Assembly (NCBI GenBank): GCA_030141605.1 | Contig: JAQGDQ010000092.1 | Location: 558,001 to 622,000, forward strand | DNA length: 64,000 nucleotides | DNA from: Tubiluchus corallicola | Taxonomy: Eukaryota > Animalia > Priapulida | Reading direction: 5' to 3' | The notes under the pieces: model-generated | What the model saw: the letters and a program-made list of their open reading frames with translations, nothing else | Told to the model about the DNA's origin: nothing | Database searches by the model: none | Made by a program: the position numbers and the translations under genes | Shown here: in pieces, positions 1 through 12,800 of the stretch | How positions within the stretch are numbered: position 1 is the first letter of the stretch | Layout of the letters: each line of letters opens with the position of its first letter

Positions 1-1432
1 GTTTGTAAACTCCTTCTTTTCGTTGTAATAGGCTAACATTATAACATTTACATTATAATAGCCAGGGGCAGCTTAATAATAAAATAAGTAAAAGTGCAGC
101 AGAATACAAAAGATAATGTCACAAGCTAAGAGACCTGTATCATCGTATAGTCCTGTTCCTTCTCTTTCCAAAGAACTGTCAGTCTTTCTCCAATACCCAC
201 CAGGCAGTTTCCTATACGGTATTCAGTCACAATTTCGAAAAAATTGGGAGCTTGGTTCTAGGGTTGCAACCACTCCTGATTTGGCCCGGAGTCTCTTGAA
301 ATTCAGTCATGGATTCGTAGTTCGGTCAGATTTTTCAAAAATTCTGAAATCTCCTGACTTCGACCATCACCAATGCTGCAGCAAGTATTCTTGCACTTTA
401 ACTTTAATTCACATAACATAAAGTGCCTAATAATCTGATTGTAATAAATGCTAATAATAATAATAATAATGATGATGATAATTGTAATAATGATAATCTG
501 ATTGCTAAACTGATCCCAGAAACCTCAGAAAATGTGAGAAGTGTGACTAGAAAGAAATTCTGAAAACTAACTTTTGGATGCTCTTTCGTAAGTTTTAGAT
601 TTTTAGGGCTTTTTTGGAACCTAAAATCAAGAATTTGTACTATTCTCTAGTTTGAACTTCTTGATTTTAGCTTCTGAAAAAGTTCTTTTATTATTTTATA
701 CATTAGATTATTTTGAGTTATAGTTTTAAATTGGGTCCTGTTCCCCTTTAAAATTTAGATAATTATAAATTGTTCAGCAAACCCATGACGAATTACAGTG
801 ATGTAGACCTGCAGTAGGCCTGAAATTCATTTCAATTTTCATTAGATTTTATGAAATATTAGTACATGTAATAATGCATAACACCACCATAATATTTAAA
901 ATATACTCCATAAGTTTTCGTTTGATAGTAGTCTTTTTAGGACAATTAACGGTTATATGTTTATATGCCTATTGTTTACTAATTTTCGCGAGCTGAAACA
1001 ACATGAACGGAACGCAGTGACACGTATGTTCTACAGTTGCGTTGTAATTCGGTAAAAAGCAACAAAAGCAAAATAATAAGATTACAACTGATAGTGATAT
1101 AACTGTAGTTTCAATAATTTTTGAGATTTTTCTGTATTGAAATTTGTAATTTAGTATGTGTACACTTTACATACCACAATAGTCATAGTAGTTAAAAGAA
1201 AGATTAGACGGGCAGATAGGTCTGCTTAATGGTTAAAGGAAACGTAATGTAGAAAGATATTTTTTTGTCTTTCAAATATACACAGTTATTGGTGATCATT
1301 TACCAGGTATCTAATGTTTGAGCGTTGCGTGAAAAGAGGCAACCTATTAGTGTATCACTTTAACAGTGATTGAAACCGATATCCACCCTCAGTGAGATAT
1401 ATAGTCATATGGCGGACGTAGATGTCCCTTTG

Positions 1433-1548
1433 CAATTTATCTAGCAATCACTATTCATTTATTAAGCAAGCCCAATATTGCTTAACTATCTAGCAATTTA
1501 TCTAGCAATCGCTATTCATTTATTAAGCAAGCCCAATATTGCTTAACT
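1433..1548. repeat. Tandem duplication, 2 x ~61 bp
   Basis: GCAATTTATCTAGCAATCxCTATTCATTTATTAAGCAAGCCCAATATTGCTTAACT occurs twice. Confidence 0.9.
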
Positions 1549-4500
1549 TCTGTTGCTGAGATGCTACATTTGTTTTCTGAATTGAGAACGTCTATGACGT
1601 TAGCAAAGCGTGCACTGTGTCATTCATACAGGCCCACCAGATTTTCACGGTCAGTTGCACTTCTCTAGCTGCCATTTGCGCATACAGTGTACATCTCTGG
1701 ATAATTGAACGTTATTTGGCGTAGTGCTCACTGACCCCGAACCGCCTGTCTACTTGAAGTTGAATCGTGTTGGTTGCTGTGTCACTGATTTTTGTGAGAA
1801 TTTTGTCGAGTGTGCTGTAACTGCAACGAGTCAGTGACATACGAATCGTTTCAACCAGAGTTGGGAAAATTAATAATTATTTTTGTTGAAATCAGTTTTA
1901 AAATAAGATTGTTTTTGGTGTCTATAACTGCTTACTTTAGCGATAAACTAATTATGGTATGTACGCATTGATTAAGTTAAAGAATTGATTATAGACTTTT
2001 GAGGCATTATGACCCATGAATCAGTAATGAAACATATATACTGGCAGTATCACACGCTGTTCCATTTCCATGACAGTTTTTGCTCAATTTAATGAGCTTG
2101 CAAGCTTGGTTGGCAGACTGCCAAGACACACACATGTACAGTGCTCGTAGAATTAGTAAATGTACTTACATATTAAAGTCTAGTATTTAACCATACACGT
2201 CCTGCTTCGTGCATACTGTACTGTAGGGTCTTTATGCCAAGTCAGGTTATCGGGTTGGCAAGGTGTCGGCATAACTGATTGTGTAATCTTTTTCCAGGCT
2301 TTAAATTGTTTCTTGTAATCTGCACAAATTGACAAAAGTAAATAAGTGCAATAACGGATGAGTATGCTGTGACACAATAATTACATGAATTTAGTTGTGG
2401 TAAATTTGCTCCACATTGAGGATAACATAGTCCTTTGTATAGTTTGCATGCGAAAATCAGCGAAGCTTTCGTTGATTTTTTTCCTTAATGACAGTGTAGT
2501 GGTATCTTCTCAAGACAAAAAGTATTTTTGAAACATAATTTTATGGCTGTCTTACATTATTTACTTTGCTGCTTGCTTAGGCATAATTTGGAGAATCAAA
2601 AAGATCGTTTGTCACAAAAGAGTTATAAGTGAGGCTGCATGCACATCAAAATGTTCTTGTGAGTAAAAAGTCGCAAACACACGGAGCTAATAACTATTAT
2701 AATAACCTAAATTAATGATCGTAATAATAATAATACTCGTTAGTTAATAATTATTTCTTTGCTATCAGAAATTTTGTGTTGAATAATTTTTAGTTTTTCA
2801 TTTGTGTTTTGCACGTGTGCTAAACGTACTGAATATCTGCGCTGGAACTGCCTTAGGGCTAGGGAGAACTTTTTTTGTCATTGCATAAGACGGTATGCGA
2901 AAGGCTCGTCTGTCTCTGTGTTAATTGTTTTGGTGTTGCCCCTAGGTTTATGGCGACCAGTTGCATGATGCCTTTATTGCTCGAACTTGGTAAAAAATGG
3001 ACCCAATTATTCTTGAGGCTAAAAAAATATTCGTTTCTTGGGTCAAATCAGCAATTTTAGTTTGCGTGCAGTTTTTCCTGTACAAAAATATACCTTGTCC
3101 ACAAAGTAGTTTTTCAAGTCACTAGCCTTCATAAAATTGCTAATATAAGCAGTTTAGTGACAAAGTAACGCTGTTAAGACGCAAATGCTTGTCTGATAAA
3201 GAAAAGTTTTGTTCTTCAGCAAACACCGGCTATTACTCGGTGTATGCTACATTTTATGTGACCGTAGGTGCTTAATGTCAGAGAATATAAGTTCTACTGT
3301 GTTAGTATCAACAAGGATAGCGTCACGCCTCCAAAACTGTGTCATGCATAGCTTGATCATTTTTGCTTGTACACTTCACCAGTAATTCCTGTTAGTCTAG
3401 TGTATGTGTACAGTACGCGTATTTAAACTGTGGATCGTGGTGAGGCTGGTAGGCGCGTATGTACAGTGAGATAATTCACTGATACAGCATAATTTTGCAA
3501 GTGGAGAGTGAAAAAAACGAGTATGTGACGGTTGCCTGGACCGAGTAAGAATTTCTGAGGGGTAGGGAAGTGCTGTAAGCACAACGTAGTTCATTGTGTT
3601 ATCTTTTTTTCTTTAATTAGTGATTGTCGAAATAATTATAAACAAAGAATAGTATTTAGTGATTTTTTTCGAATTTTTCATCATATTTTTTCTTCCACCC
3701 CAGGGTGGCAGCGGTGCTGCATTGTGTTTTCTGATTTTTGTTGTACATAACGACCTTTAGCTTACAGAAATTGCTTTATTAAAATATTTTACCAAAGACA
3801 CTGAATACATGTAAATTGGGGGGATACGACAGAGTGATATTCATCTAATGACGTCAGGTGTGCATAAATATTTATACGTGTACAGTACACAAGCAAGTCT
3901 TATCATTGCGTGATCATGCCATGTGTGGAATTTATAGCGTCTTGCAGCTATAGCTGTACATTTTACATCATGATTTTCTCGAGTTCGTACATTCACTTCA
4001 ATTATACATGAAAATTTTGATAGTATTAAGATTGTAAATACTTAATTGCTTATCTAATCCATAGGAAATTAGGCATAAAATCATTCGTAACTAAAATTAC
4101 TTTTAATCTAATTAGACAGAATTTCTATAGTGTGAGCGACTTAATATTGGAAGTGCTGGGGAATATTGTTGCTTAGCTGTTATGACGTCGTCCTGTAAAC
4201 AGAATGTTCCTGGAATCCTAGTTTAGATTGAGATTGTGTTCTAACTTTTTCCATTTCCTATTTCTTCAAATTTTCTCTATAAGCTTACAAGAATTTAAAG
4301 TTTCTGTGCATCACTGAAATCACACTATTTTTAGAAATAAGTTTTGTGTGAGTTTTCAAGTTTCGTGGTTACTGGCTTTTGGTTTATTGAATGCCTTAAC
4401 GCCTGATAAATACTTTTCATATACAAGTGACTGATCATACTTGCATTTCGTTATCATATTTCGTTCGCATTGTACACGCTTCTTATACCTGTGATCATGC

Positions 4501-5251
4501 TTGGTTAAGCATCTAGTAATTTTCACATCCAACCCCATTTAGAAGCACGGTAAAAAGTATACATTTTAGTGCCTGTAATAATGTCAGTGCGTTTCTGATA
4601 ATTAAATAATAGGTTAAAAAGTTAATTAATAGCCTGTGAGCCCAGTTAGTGATGCCTTCACAAATGAACATAATTTTAAACAACACAAACATTCCACAAG
4701 CTTGGTGCACGTGTTTGCTAAAGCGAAAATTGATATACATTGCCTGTACAACATTCAGTATGATATACAAAATCTTGGCAAATTTTGAGTTAAAAATTAA
4801 AATTTCAAGAATGCCGCTGTGCTCACTCATCAGCTCTCGAACGTGTGCAGTAAATCTTAACTGAAGACCTCTAAATTGAAAAGTACTGCTCCTGCCCATC
4901 TAACTAGCTAAATCCATGTAATAGGGAAGAACTAATCGCATTAATGCAAGTGTGTAAGTCATTCTTGAAAAGGTTCTATGTTCCATTTCAGTACTTTGTG
5001 AGTAGATTGTTTTGAGCTATAGTTTAAGATTGAGTCCAGTTTTTTCAAGCTGTGCTTCCATTAATGAAAATGCATTGCAGCTATTAAGGAATGAACAAAT
5101 TTGGCGGTCATGCCTTAAGCACACACTTGACTAGGAAGCTGTGAGATTTTAGCTATAGCAGTTATCCTACAAATTTTTCCTACAAATATATCTTTTCCTT
5201 GTGTTTTTAGACCTTGTTTAATGGTGGGCTACCAATGACTTCAAACTGAAG

Positions 5252-6226
5252 ATGGCAGATGAAGATGATGATGGCAGCAGAACTAATGCAACAGGACAGT
5301 GTCCAACGGAAAAGGAGAAACTCTATTTTTCTGCAGAGTGTCTTATGGCACCTGAGCCTAAAACAGCTGAACTCAGTCCAACCAGTAGCGTCGGCACTGG
5401 TAGTGAGTACTGTGATTATTTACTAGATGACTCGAGTGTGCCTTCCTCTTCCACACAGACACCTAACTTGTTGAGTCCAGATTGTCCTGGACTTCAGTTT
5501 GCAATACGGTCCCATAGCGCAGATTCAGCTGTCGACATGCTTTCTGCTGATGATGAGCGTGAAAAAACTGCCGAGAGCATGTGCCAATTTGATCATTCCA
5601 ACTTAGAACAGAAATTTGAAACTTGCGAAATTCAGAGTTATGCAAGTGATGTTGAATTCACTATTGGTACCAGCAAGCTAACTAGTTCAGAGCCAACTAC
5701 TGGTAAAATGTCTTCAAGTGACAATATCAAGTGTCTAATGTCTGGTGAAAATTCTTCAGAGCATGCAAGCATTCTAAATGAACAACATACTGCAGAAGAG
5801 GCGAACAGTGAGTTGACAGTAGTTAAGGTTTGTAAACATCGAAAACTATCTTCACAACATCGTCATAAATACCATCATCGACCAAATTTGTTGGAATGCC
5901 ATGATCAGGAAGCATTCACAACTATCCAGTCTAACCCACGTGTGATAGTGAGTGACCATAGTACAAGCACTGATGACAGCCCTGGGACACCAGTCAAAAC
6001 CCTTGGATTTTCTTCCTTGCAAAGTCCTCCACGTCGTTCACCAAGTAGTGACTCGCTGAAACATCGTTCGCAGAGTAGTGACTCGTTGAGGCGGTACATT
6101 CCAGAACGAAAGCTGTCCAGTGGCAGTACATGTTCAGATACTTCATCTATAGGTGGCGGTATTTCAGAATCATCTTGGGAAGACTCCGATCTGGATCAAA
6201 GAATTGAAATCCTTAATAAACGTAAG
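5252..6226 (+). CDS. ITPK alternative first coding exon A (325 aa, Ser/acidic low-complexity N-terminus)
   Basis: Long ORF preceded by acceptor tttttag|5211 and ending at strong donor AAG|GTAAGC in phase 0, matching the phase-0 acceptor at 25295. Disordered composition with RKLS sites, as expected for ITPK N-termini. Confidence 0.75.
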
Positions 6227-7098
6227 GTAAGCATTGCTGTCTGTTTTTCTGATTTCTATTATTTTTGACAAAAGTTTCATCGAAATACAAATGCACCTTA
6301 AAAATTTGATTATCTATATTCGAAAGTTGTATGACAAAAATAGTCATAATTTACCAATTCATGTTATTTCCATTTAAGATGTATAAAAGATAACGTCAAC
6401 TCTATAACGTCACTCCTGTTATTTTCTCTCGAACCTACAGATTGCTATATGCTAGAAACATGAACTTGTATCATTTTACCATTTAACTTTTATGACAGTG
6501 AACTGGCCAAGTGATTGCAGAACTGTTTTGATACAAAATTATTACAACAGAGTTTTGTTTTATTTATCCCTGTTACTTGCCTAACTCCAAAGACAATCTT
6601 TCTAGTTACCCCAATGAAGTGGGCTGCAGCAAAATTGTGTCCTGTCTGTTTGTTATAGCTTTTTTGGCTGTGTAGTAATGTCTGTGCAAGTGTACTTCAT
6701 GCAGAAGTAGGTATCTGTCAAAGTTGGACTTAGAGCCTATTTATTTTTGGGTCAATCAACGCAGTTATTGAATTTTTTACCATTTTTGAAGAGTCAAATT
6801 AATGTAGCAGTACTATGAGGCTATAATTCATAAGCAAGGCAGTTAATACTTTTCAGGTGCTGTGCGCTGACGATAATCTGACTCTAGTTATTTCAATATT
6901 ATATCAAATCTAAAAAAAATTTGTTAGTTTATAGAAGTGACATCCTGAAAACCTACTGATTTCCAGTACTGATAGTTATAGAGGTTGTTTGTTTCCTGGT
7001 GTTTTATATTAATAATATCTGATTGCCATTTTTCTTAACTTTCTCTTCTTTCTTAAAATTTGGCCACATACTCCTCTGGCCTCTCAGATTTGCAAGTC

Positions 7099-7163
7099 TT
7101 ATATATATATGTATAATGTATACATATATATATATGTATAATGTATACATATATATATGTATA
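7099..7163. repeat. Imperfect (TA)n microsatellite
   Basis: TATATATATATGTATAATGTATACATATATATATATG repeated. Confidence 0.9.
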
Positions 7164-7164
7164 C

Positions 7165-8100
7165 CACTTCTCACAAAAACTACTGTAAAGTTCGAATACC
7201 TGCTGGATATCTGATCATAATGACTAATGTCAGCTCATTTCACCTGGTGCCAAAAAGACATTCATTGTAAATGCTCAAGCAAAAAGAACTGAGCCATTTC
7301 TTTCCAATTACATCAAAAACGAACATCCCAATATGATCAACAAGAAAGTCCAAAAACAGACTAAATGACAACTAACAAACAAATCAATAATAATGGAAGA
7401 GTCTGAAGAGAAGAGACATCACACTATCATTTCTGTCGGGTAGATTCACATATCCAATCCACAGAATTCTAAAGAATTTCCTGATTAATGTTACCAGAGT
7501 GTTTAACATTTTTTGTAAAAATGCACTCAAATTTAAAACAGTTAGGTTGCTGGTGAGAGCCAACTTGGACACAGTGTGGGCCATGCTCCAGGAGTCCACT
7601 ATGCTTCATGTCCATCAGCAGTAAAGTATGTATTTAAACCTGGCAAAATAAAGTGTATTACATATGCATTCACTTTGCAGTGCGACCTATGCAGTTTCAA
7701 ATACATCAGTGTAACGTGTAGAGCTGTCAGTGACAGATACAATGAATATAGAATGGCAGTCATTGACGTTGAAAAAACAATGTAGTGTGTCAAGTGTCAC
7801 CACTTCTTACCAGCTCATCCTGCCAAACTGTCATAATAACTACTGGCTTTAGGAAAAACAGCATCAACTAACAATAGTTAGTCTCAATACATCTTCCCAT
7901 GTCACTATAATACTATGAGATGTAAGGAAATAGGGATCCTTATATATGTATAATCTATAAACTCCACATGATTAAATTAACCTCTATGTTTGTAACCCTG
8001 ATACCTGACCAGTAATTTTTACACCAAAGGTTTTTCATATTTGCATCTGACGATGCTGCAAAGTTCTGTGAAAATCTCTGTTTTTTGTTTTTTTTTTGTT
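7165..8100 (+). mobile_element. Degenerate Penelope-like element remnant (GIY-YIG endonuclease region)
   Basis: ORF 7576-7785 contains Y..TLQCDLCSFKYISVTCRAVSDRYNEY, matching the PLE pattern Y-x-C-xx-C-xxx-YIG-x-T-x-R-xxx-R-xx-EH. An upstream LLVRA segment and a CTGACGA...GAAA motif at 8046-8072 also fit. It abuts a TA microsatellite; boundaries are approximate. Confidence 0.55.
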
Positions 8101-9619
8101 TTATTTCTGCAGCCGATATGGAAAATTTATATTTATTATTTTAGTGAGTGGCACAGGCACTCAAAACTATTTCTAATACCTGACTGGCAACTATTTATTA
8201 TTCAGTAAACCATACTGTCTGAGCTTTCAGGAATAAAATAAATTAGTATTCATTTAAAGATTATGAGCTGTAGAACATGTGTAGTACATCACAGACTAAC
8301 ACATCTGAACTGTGAGGTACAGCACCTGTTTTTATGCAACGCTTTCTGAAATGCAGGTGCTATTGCCCTTCTAATTAGCGAATGGCGAAATGCATGTAAC
8401 AATGAAGAACTAGTGGTGCGAACGCGAAACCGCGTTTGTGTGGTAATAATTCTTTCACGTAAGGCATTCTTTAAAAAAATAGTATGTTTTCTTTCAATAT
8501 TTTAAAGACTAGATTGTTTTTGACCTAAAGTTTGGCATTGGGTGCGGTATTGCAGCAAACTTCTGCTCTTCAAAAAGCGTTCAAGATTTGCGTTTTTAAG
8601 ACGTAGTCGAAAAACACTAATAGAATTGGGACCGATAATGTTAGGGCAAAAACGACACAAATAGTTCCAAACTGGCACTATTCTAACTGCAAAATTACTT
8701 TGAGAAGCTTGAGTCTAGCAGGTTCGTTGGAAATAGCATAAGTTCCTATTTTTTGACATTTGGCCTAGCTTGTGAGTTCATTGCATCAGTCAATATTCTT
8801 GAAGTGAGTTATTAAATTCAAAATTTGTAAAATCGCATGCATTATGCTGATATGGATTTTGAGCACAAATGCAGTAGAGAGCTGGTAAGGTTGTCCGGCA
8901 TCTTTGTAGGTCAGTTGCGCGGTCCGCAATCGTGCAGAATAACAACACCACAACTTAAATTCCTAGAAGGTAATATTGCAAGGCTGATGACGTCAGCAGA
9001 CTCGCAAATAAGCTTGCCCATGTGACATATCCTCTACGGTATGTTCGCTAAGTTAAGCAAATAAAAAACTCCCTATTTCACCAGTGAAGAGCCTCAGACC
9101 TAATTCAAACTTTGCGATATAAGTGAAGGACAGTGCAGGTGAAAAATATATCGTGTTGTGTAACACTTTCGTTACGGTTTATAATCGTCGAGGTAACGAC
9201 AAGCAAATAAGTACAAAGCTTAATAATAAGCAATGTGTGCATGCTAGGCAGGGTGAATTGTATGTGATCATTTTTGGCAGAAACAAACGAGATTTTAAAC
9301 TTTAAGGACATGTCTTTTCATTACTTGAAATGTTTGTATGCTTCTCACAATGTAATAGCATTAATGACATAATGATAAAACATCGATAATTTCCTTTTGC
9401 GGATGATGATTCGCGGAAATGTTACTAATGGTTTGTATAAATTTGTAGTGTTTGCATATGATAGAAGATACAGGAACAGACAGTACAACTTTCCTGTACG
9501 TTAGTAGATGCAGTGTATCAGTGTTCGCAATTTATTACTGCGTATGGTGTTTTTCATATTTTAAAAAAACAGGCACGTGTAACTGGACATTGTGCTGAAT
9601 TTTCACGGTAACAGTTGCG

Positions 9620-9817
9620 ATGGCGTCCCCGTACATTTTGAGAAGTTTTAGTCATGAATCTCCTCTAATGGAGATGACTTTACGGGCGCATAAAGCTGAG
9701 AAGACCTCATGCTTATGTTTGGCATTAGATGGCGCAACGGAGTTGAGAAAGTGCAAGCTAGAGCAGAAGCTCTGTCGTAGGTGTTTGAGATTAACACGTA
9801 GATCGTCGACAACTCAG
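9620..9817 (+). CDS. Candidate ITPK alternative first coding exon (66 aa, MASPY...RRSSTTQ)
   Basis: ATG in good context (gcgATGG). Higher-GC ORF ending at CAG|GTATTC in phase 0. Confidence 0.45.
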
Positions 9818-12800
9818 GTATTCTCTATACAATATTAAAAATTAAGATGATGCTGAAACACTTAAAAACTGTGAAGGTGATTTAAATAGCATTCTTTCTA
9901 TATGAAACTTTAGTAATCACGTCTCGTTGAGTTTAGTACATAAACTACGCTTATTTGAACAAGTTCTTTTATTGTCCTATAAGGAATCGAAACAGAAAAC
10001 AGTTCAAAACACCAACAGATTTGTGCATAAAATGTTCTACATGTTGCGGGCATAATTTCTCACTTGATTTTTATTTACCATATTGTTATGTGACCGTATG
10101 TTTTTTTCTACATCTGTTTATTTATCAAGTTATTTGTGCCCCTCAAACATTAAATCCTCTCTACTCTTTTTGTAAATTATAGTGTACTTCTAATTCATTC
10201 TTTGTGTTGAACTGTTGATACTAGTTTAAAAATAATTTAATGTCTACCATTAATCATTAAATTTTGTATATGGTTAACTTAATCTGGTGAATTTTAAATC
10301 AATTTTGTACGCTATTCACAACGCATGTTGTGCTTATTCTCTTGTTACTTATTTAAGATAAGAATGTTTAATACATAACAGGGAAATTAGCTGCAAGATT
10401 GATTTGCAAGTCTTTGCCTATGGACTACTCCTCATACTTACTGTGCTTGTTGTAACTTTCAAGCCACTTGATTTATGAAGGGACGAATTTTTAGTAATTT
10501 ATTTTCGCTAAAGTTAATGGATCCTAATTGATCACTGATGTAAACACTATTTATTTTAAAAGCTCAAGTGCTGCTTACTCTGTGTACTGTTCAGCACCGA
10601 GACATTTTTACTAGTAACTGGATCCATTCAAGTAACCAGTTTTCTTCCGTAAATGCAAGCTAAAGTCTCAGCTTTATAAGATCTTGCTCGAAGAATTCGA
10701 TTTTTTCGTTCGCTAGATTACTTCTCGTTTTATTTATGATCTTACAATATCTATCACCGCCTTGTTATAATAGATTTTCTAACATGCGCTTTAGATTTTT
10801 GTAATATGTACTGCACTTCTGTTGTGCATTATATCCATGAGTTATATATATAAACCTTTTTCTCACTTTGCTGGTGAAATTTTGTGTATCAGTTACAGTT
10901 TGGCGATTTTTTAAATTTGAAAACATTCTTATAATTCACCTGTTACATTTGAGTTAGATTTTAGCTGGCTGAATAATTTCTAGCTGGTTTACAGCAGTGC
11001 ATGTCAGGTTGTTCTTGTTCTTTTCAAAGTCTTACATTTGAAAATTTGGTTCACTTGCAAATAGACGTTTGGGAAAATTAGCTTGCACACTAACTGTATT
11101 TTAGCAGAAAATTTGAGTCTGTGTAATGTCACTATACTCTAACCTTGATAAAGTTTGACAATTTTGGCGTGATAATTAAAACTTTGTGATCTTGGATGAA
11201 ATTAAACAAGGTCACCCGCACGGTTAAAGTTGAAGGAAGTTAAAGAAAGATACCATTTTTACCAGTGCGCTGTACCAGGGACCTGAACAGAGTGGTTTCA
11301 ATTTGGAATTTTTAACTACATATACAATTGTACATTAAGAAGTGATGATTACCTTATACATGTAAATTTACAATAAAGTAATTTATCTGCGGAAATGCAA
11401 CTCTTGTAGTCTTATGTTTGCAGGTTTACGAGAACGATGCAGAAGTTATCTTTAAAAAGTATAATCGTATAATTATTAGTATTACATATGGGTCAGTGTG
11501 CTGACAATATTACATCTCGTGTACAAACAATTTTAGTGTCCATTGGTAGTGTATTGGAGATTACTGATTGGGCACTGTAAGTTTTTAAATTGGAACCGTT
11601 TGAGAACCGTACCCCCAAATAAATTTAAATGACATTCTGAGCGCACCAATGAAACTTTGATCTCCCTAACTGGAAAATCTTGTGCTCCTTACTGAATGAA
11701 GATCAGTGGCTCTTAGGTAATGAATTTGATCATGGAAATCACATATTTGCAATTCTCAAGTTTTCAAATTGGGCGTTATATGGGGGGGGGGGGGCGCTTA
11801 AAGTACGTATATGATACCTCTTCTGCGAAAATTTTAATATTCACGTTCGTATGCAGCGTACGTACTAAGCAGATGTCTTGTACTGAATTTGTTTTGGAGA
11901 TTGTTCAAACTTTAAAATTCTCTTTTCCTAGATTGCTAATAGAACCAAAATGAACAGGATGCGTGATACTTACAAACAGTTCTAAATTTCATGATGAAAT
12001 AAATGTTGAAACTTCTCATTCATGAATCAACAATTTATTTTATTACTGAATATTGCTTTACTTGTAATATTGCAAGATCGTAACGTTGCAGAATTTTCTG
12101 GTAAATCTTTATTTTGCAAACGCTTTTCATGATGCAGTCAAATACAAATTCATATATTGTTATTGTTTGTGTGCTAAAATTCATGTATGCATACCGCGCA
12201 TGCTAAATGCTTGCCATTGACTACTGAAGACTTGTTTTCACACCACTACCGGACATTGGTCAACCTGTTGCTAACAGCGCTCTATGTTAACGTGAAAGTG
12301 AAGAACAGGCCTGCTTTAAAATCAGCAGTCTTATAATATCTAGCGAGCCGTTGGTTGATCCGTCCAATATCACCAGCTACAAAATTAGCGAACAATCGTT
12401 GTATACAGGCTTATGTGATCGGCACTCAAGAAGGCTTATAAATATTAAATGAGCAGTCTCCTGCGGGTAGTGTATGCCCGGGTATAAATATATAAAACAG
12501 ACTGTCTAGTGGGACATTACAGTATAAAGCTCGTTGTGTGTTGATTATGATAGAAACTAAACAGTAATTGTTGGCTTCCATGTGCTGCGTGTGTGGGCAG
12601 CATGTCTGTTTTATATCAGCATAGCAAATACGTAAAGCGGTCTTCGAATCCAGTGAGTTCAGTTTGACGCTTTGCTCTTATTACAATGTTTAGAGCTGAA
12701 TACTGAAAAACATCAGAAAGCTGTACAATGTGTAACGTTCGTGTTTAGAAAATGTGCATCGTTTTACTTACTGGTTTATTATCTCGCGGATAGCGTTCAC

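Noticed and set aside
4513-4899. 128-aa minus-strand ORF and similar short ORFs in the track
   Set aside because: Their composition matches translated AT-rich intron sequence, with no splice-frame support or homology.
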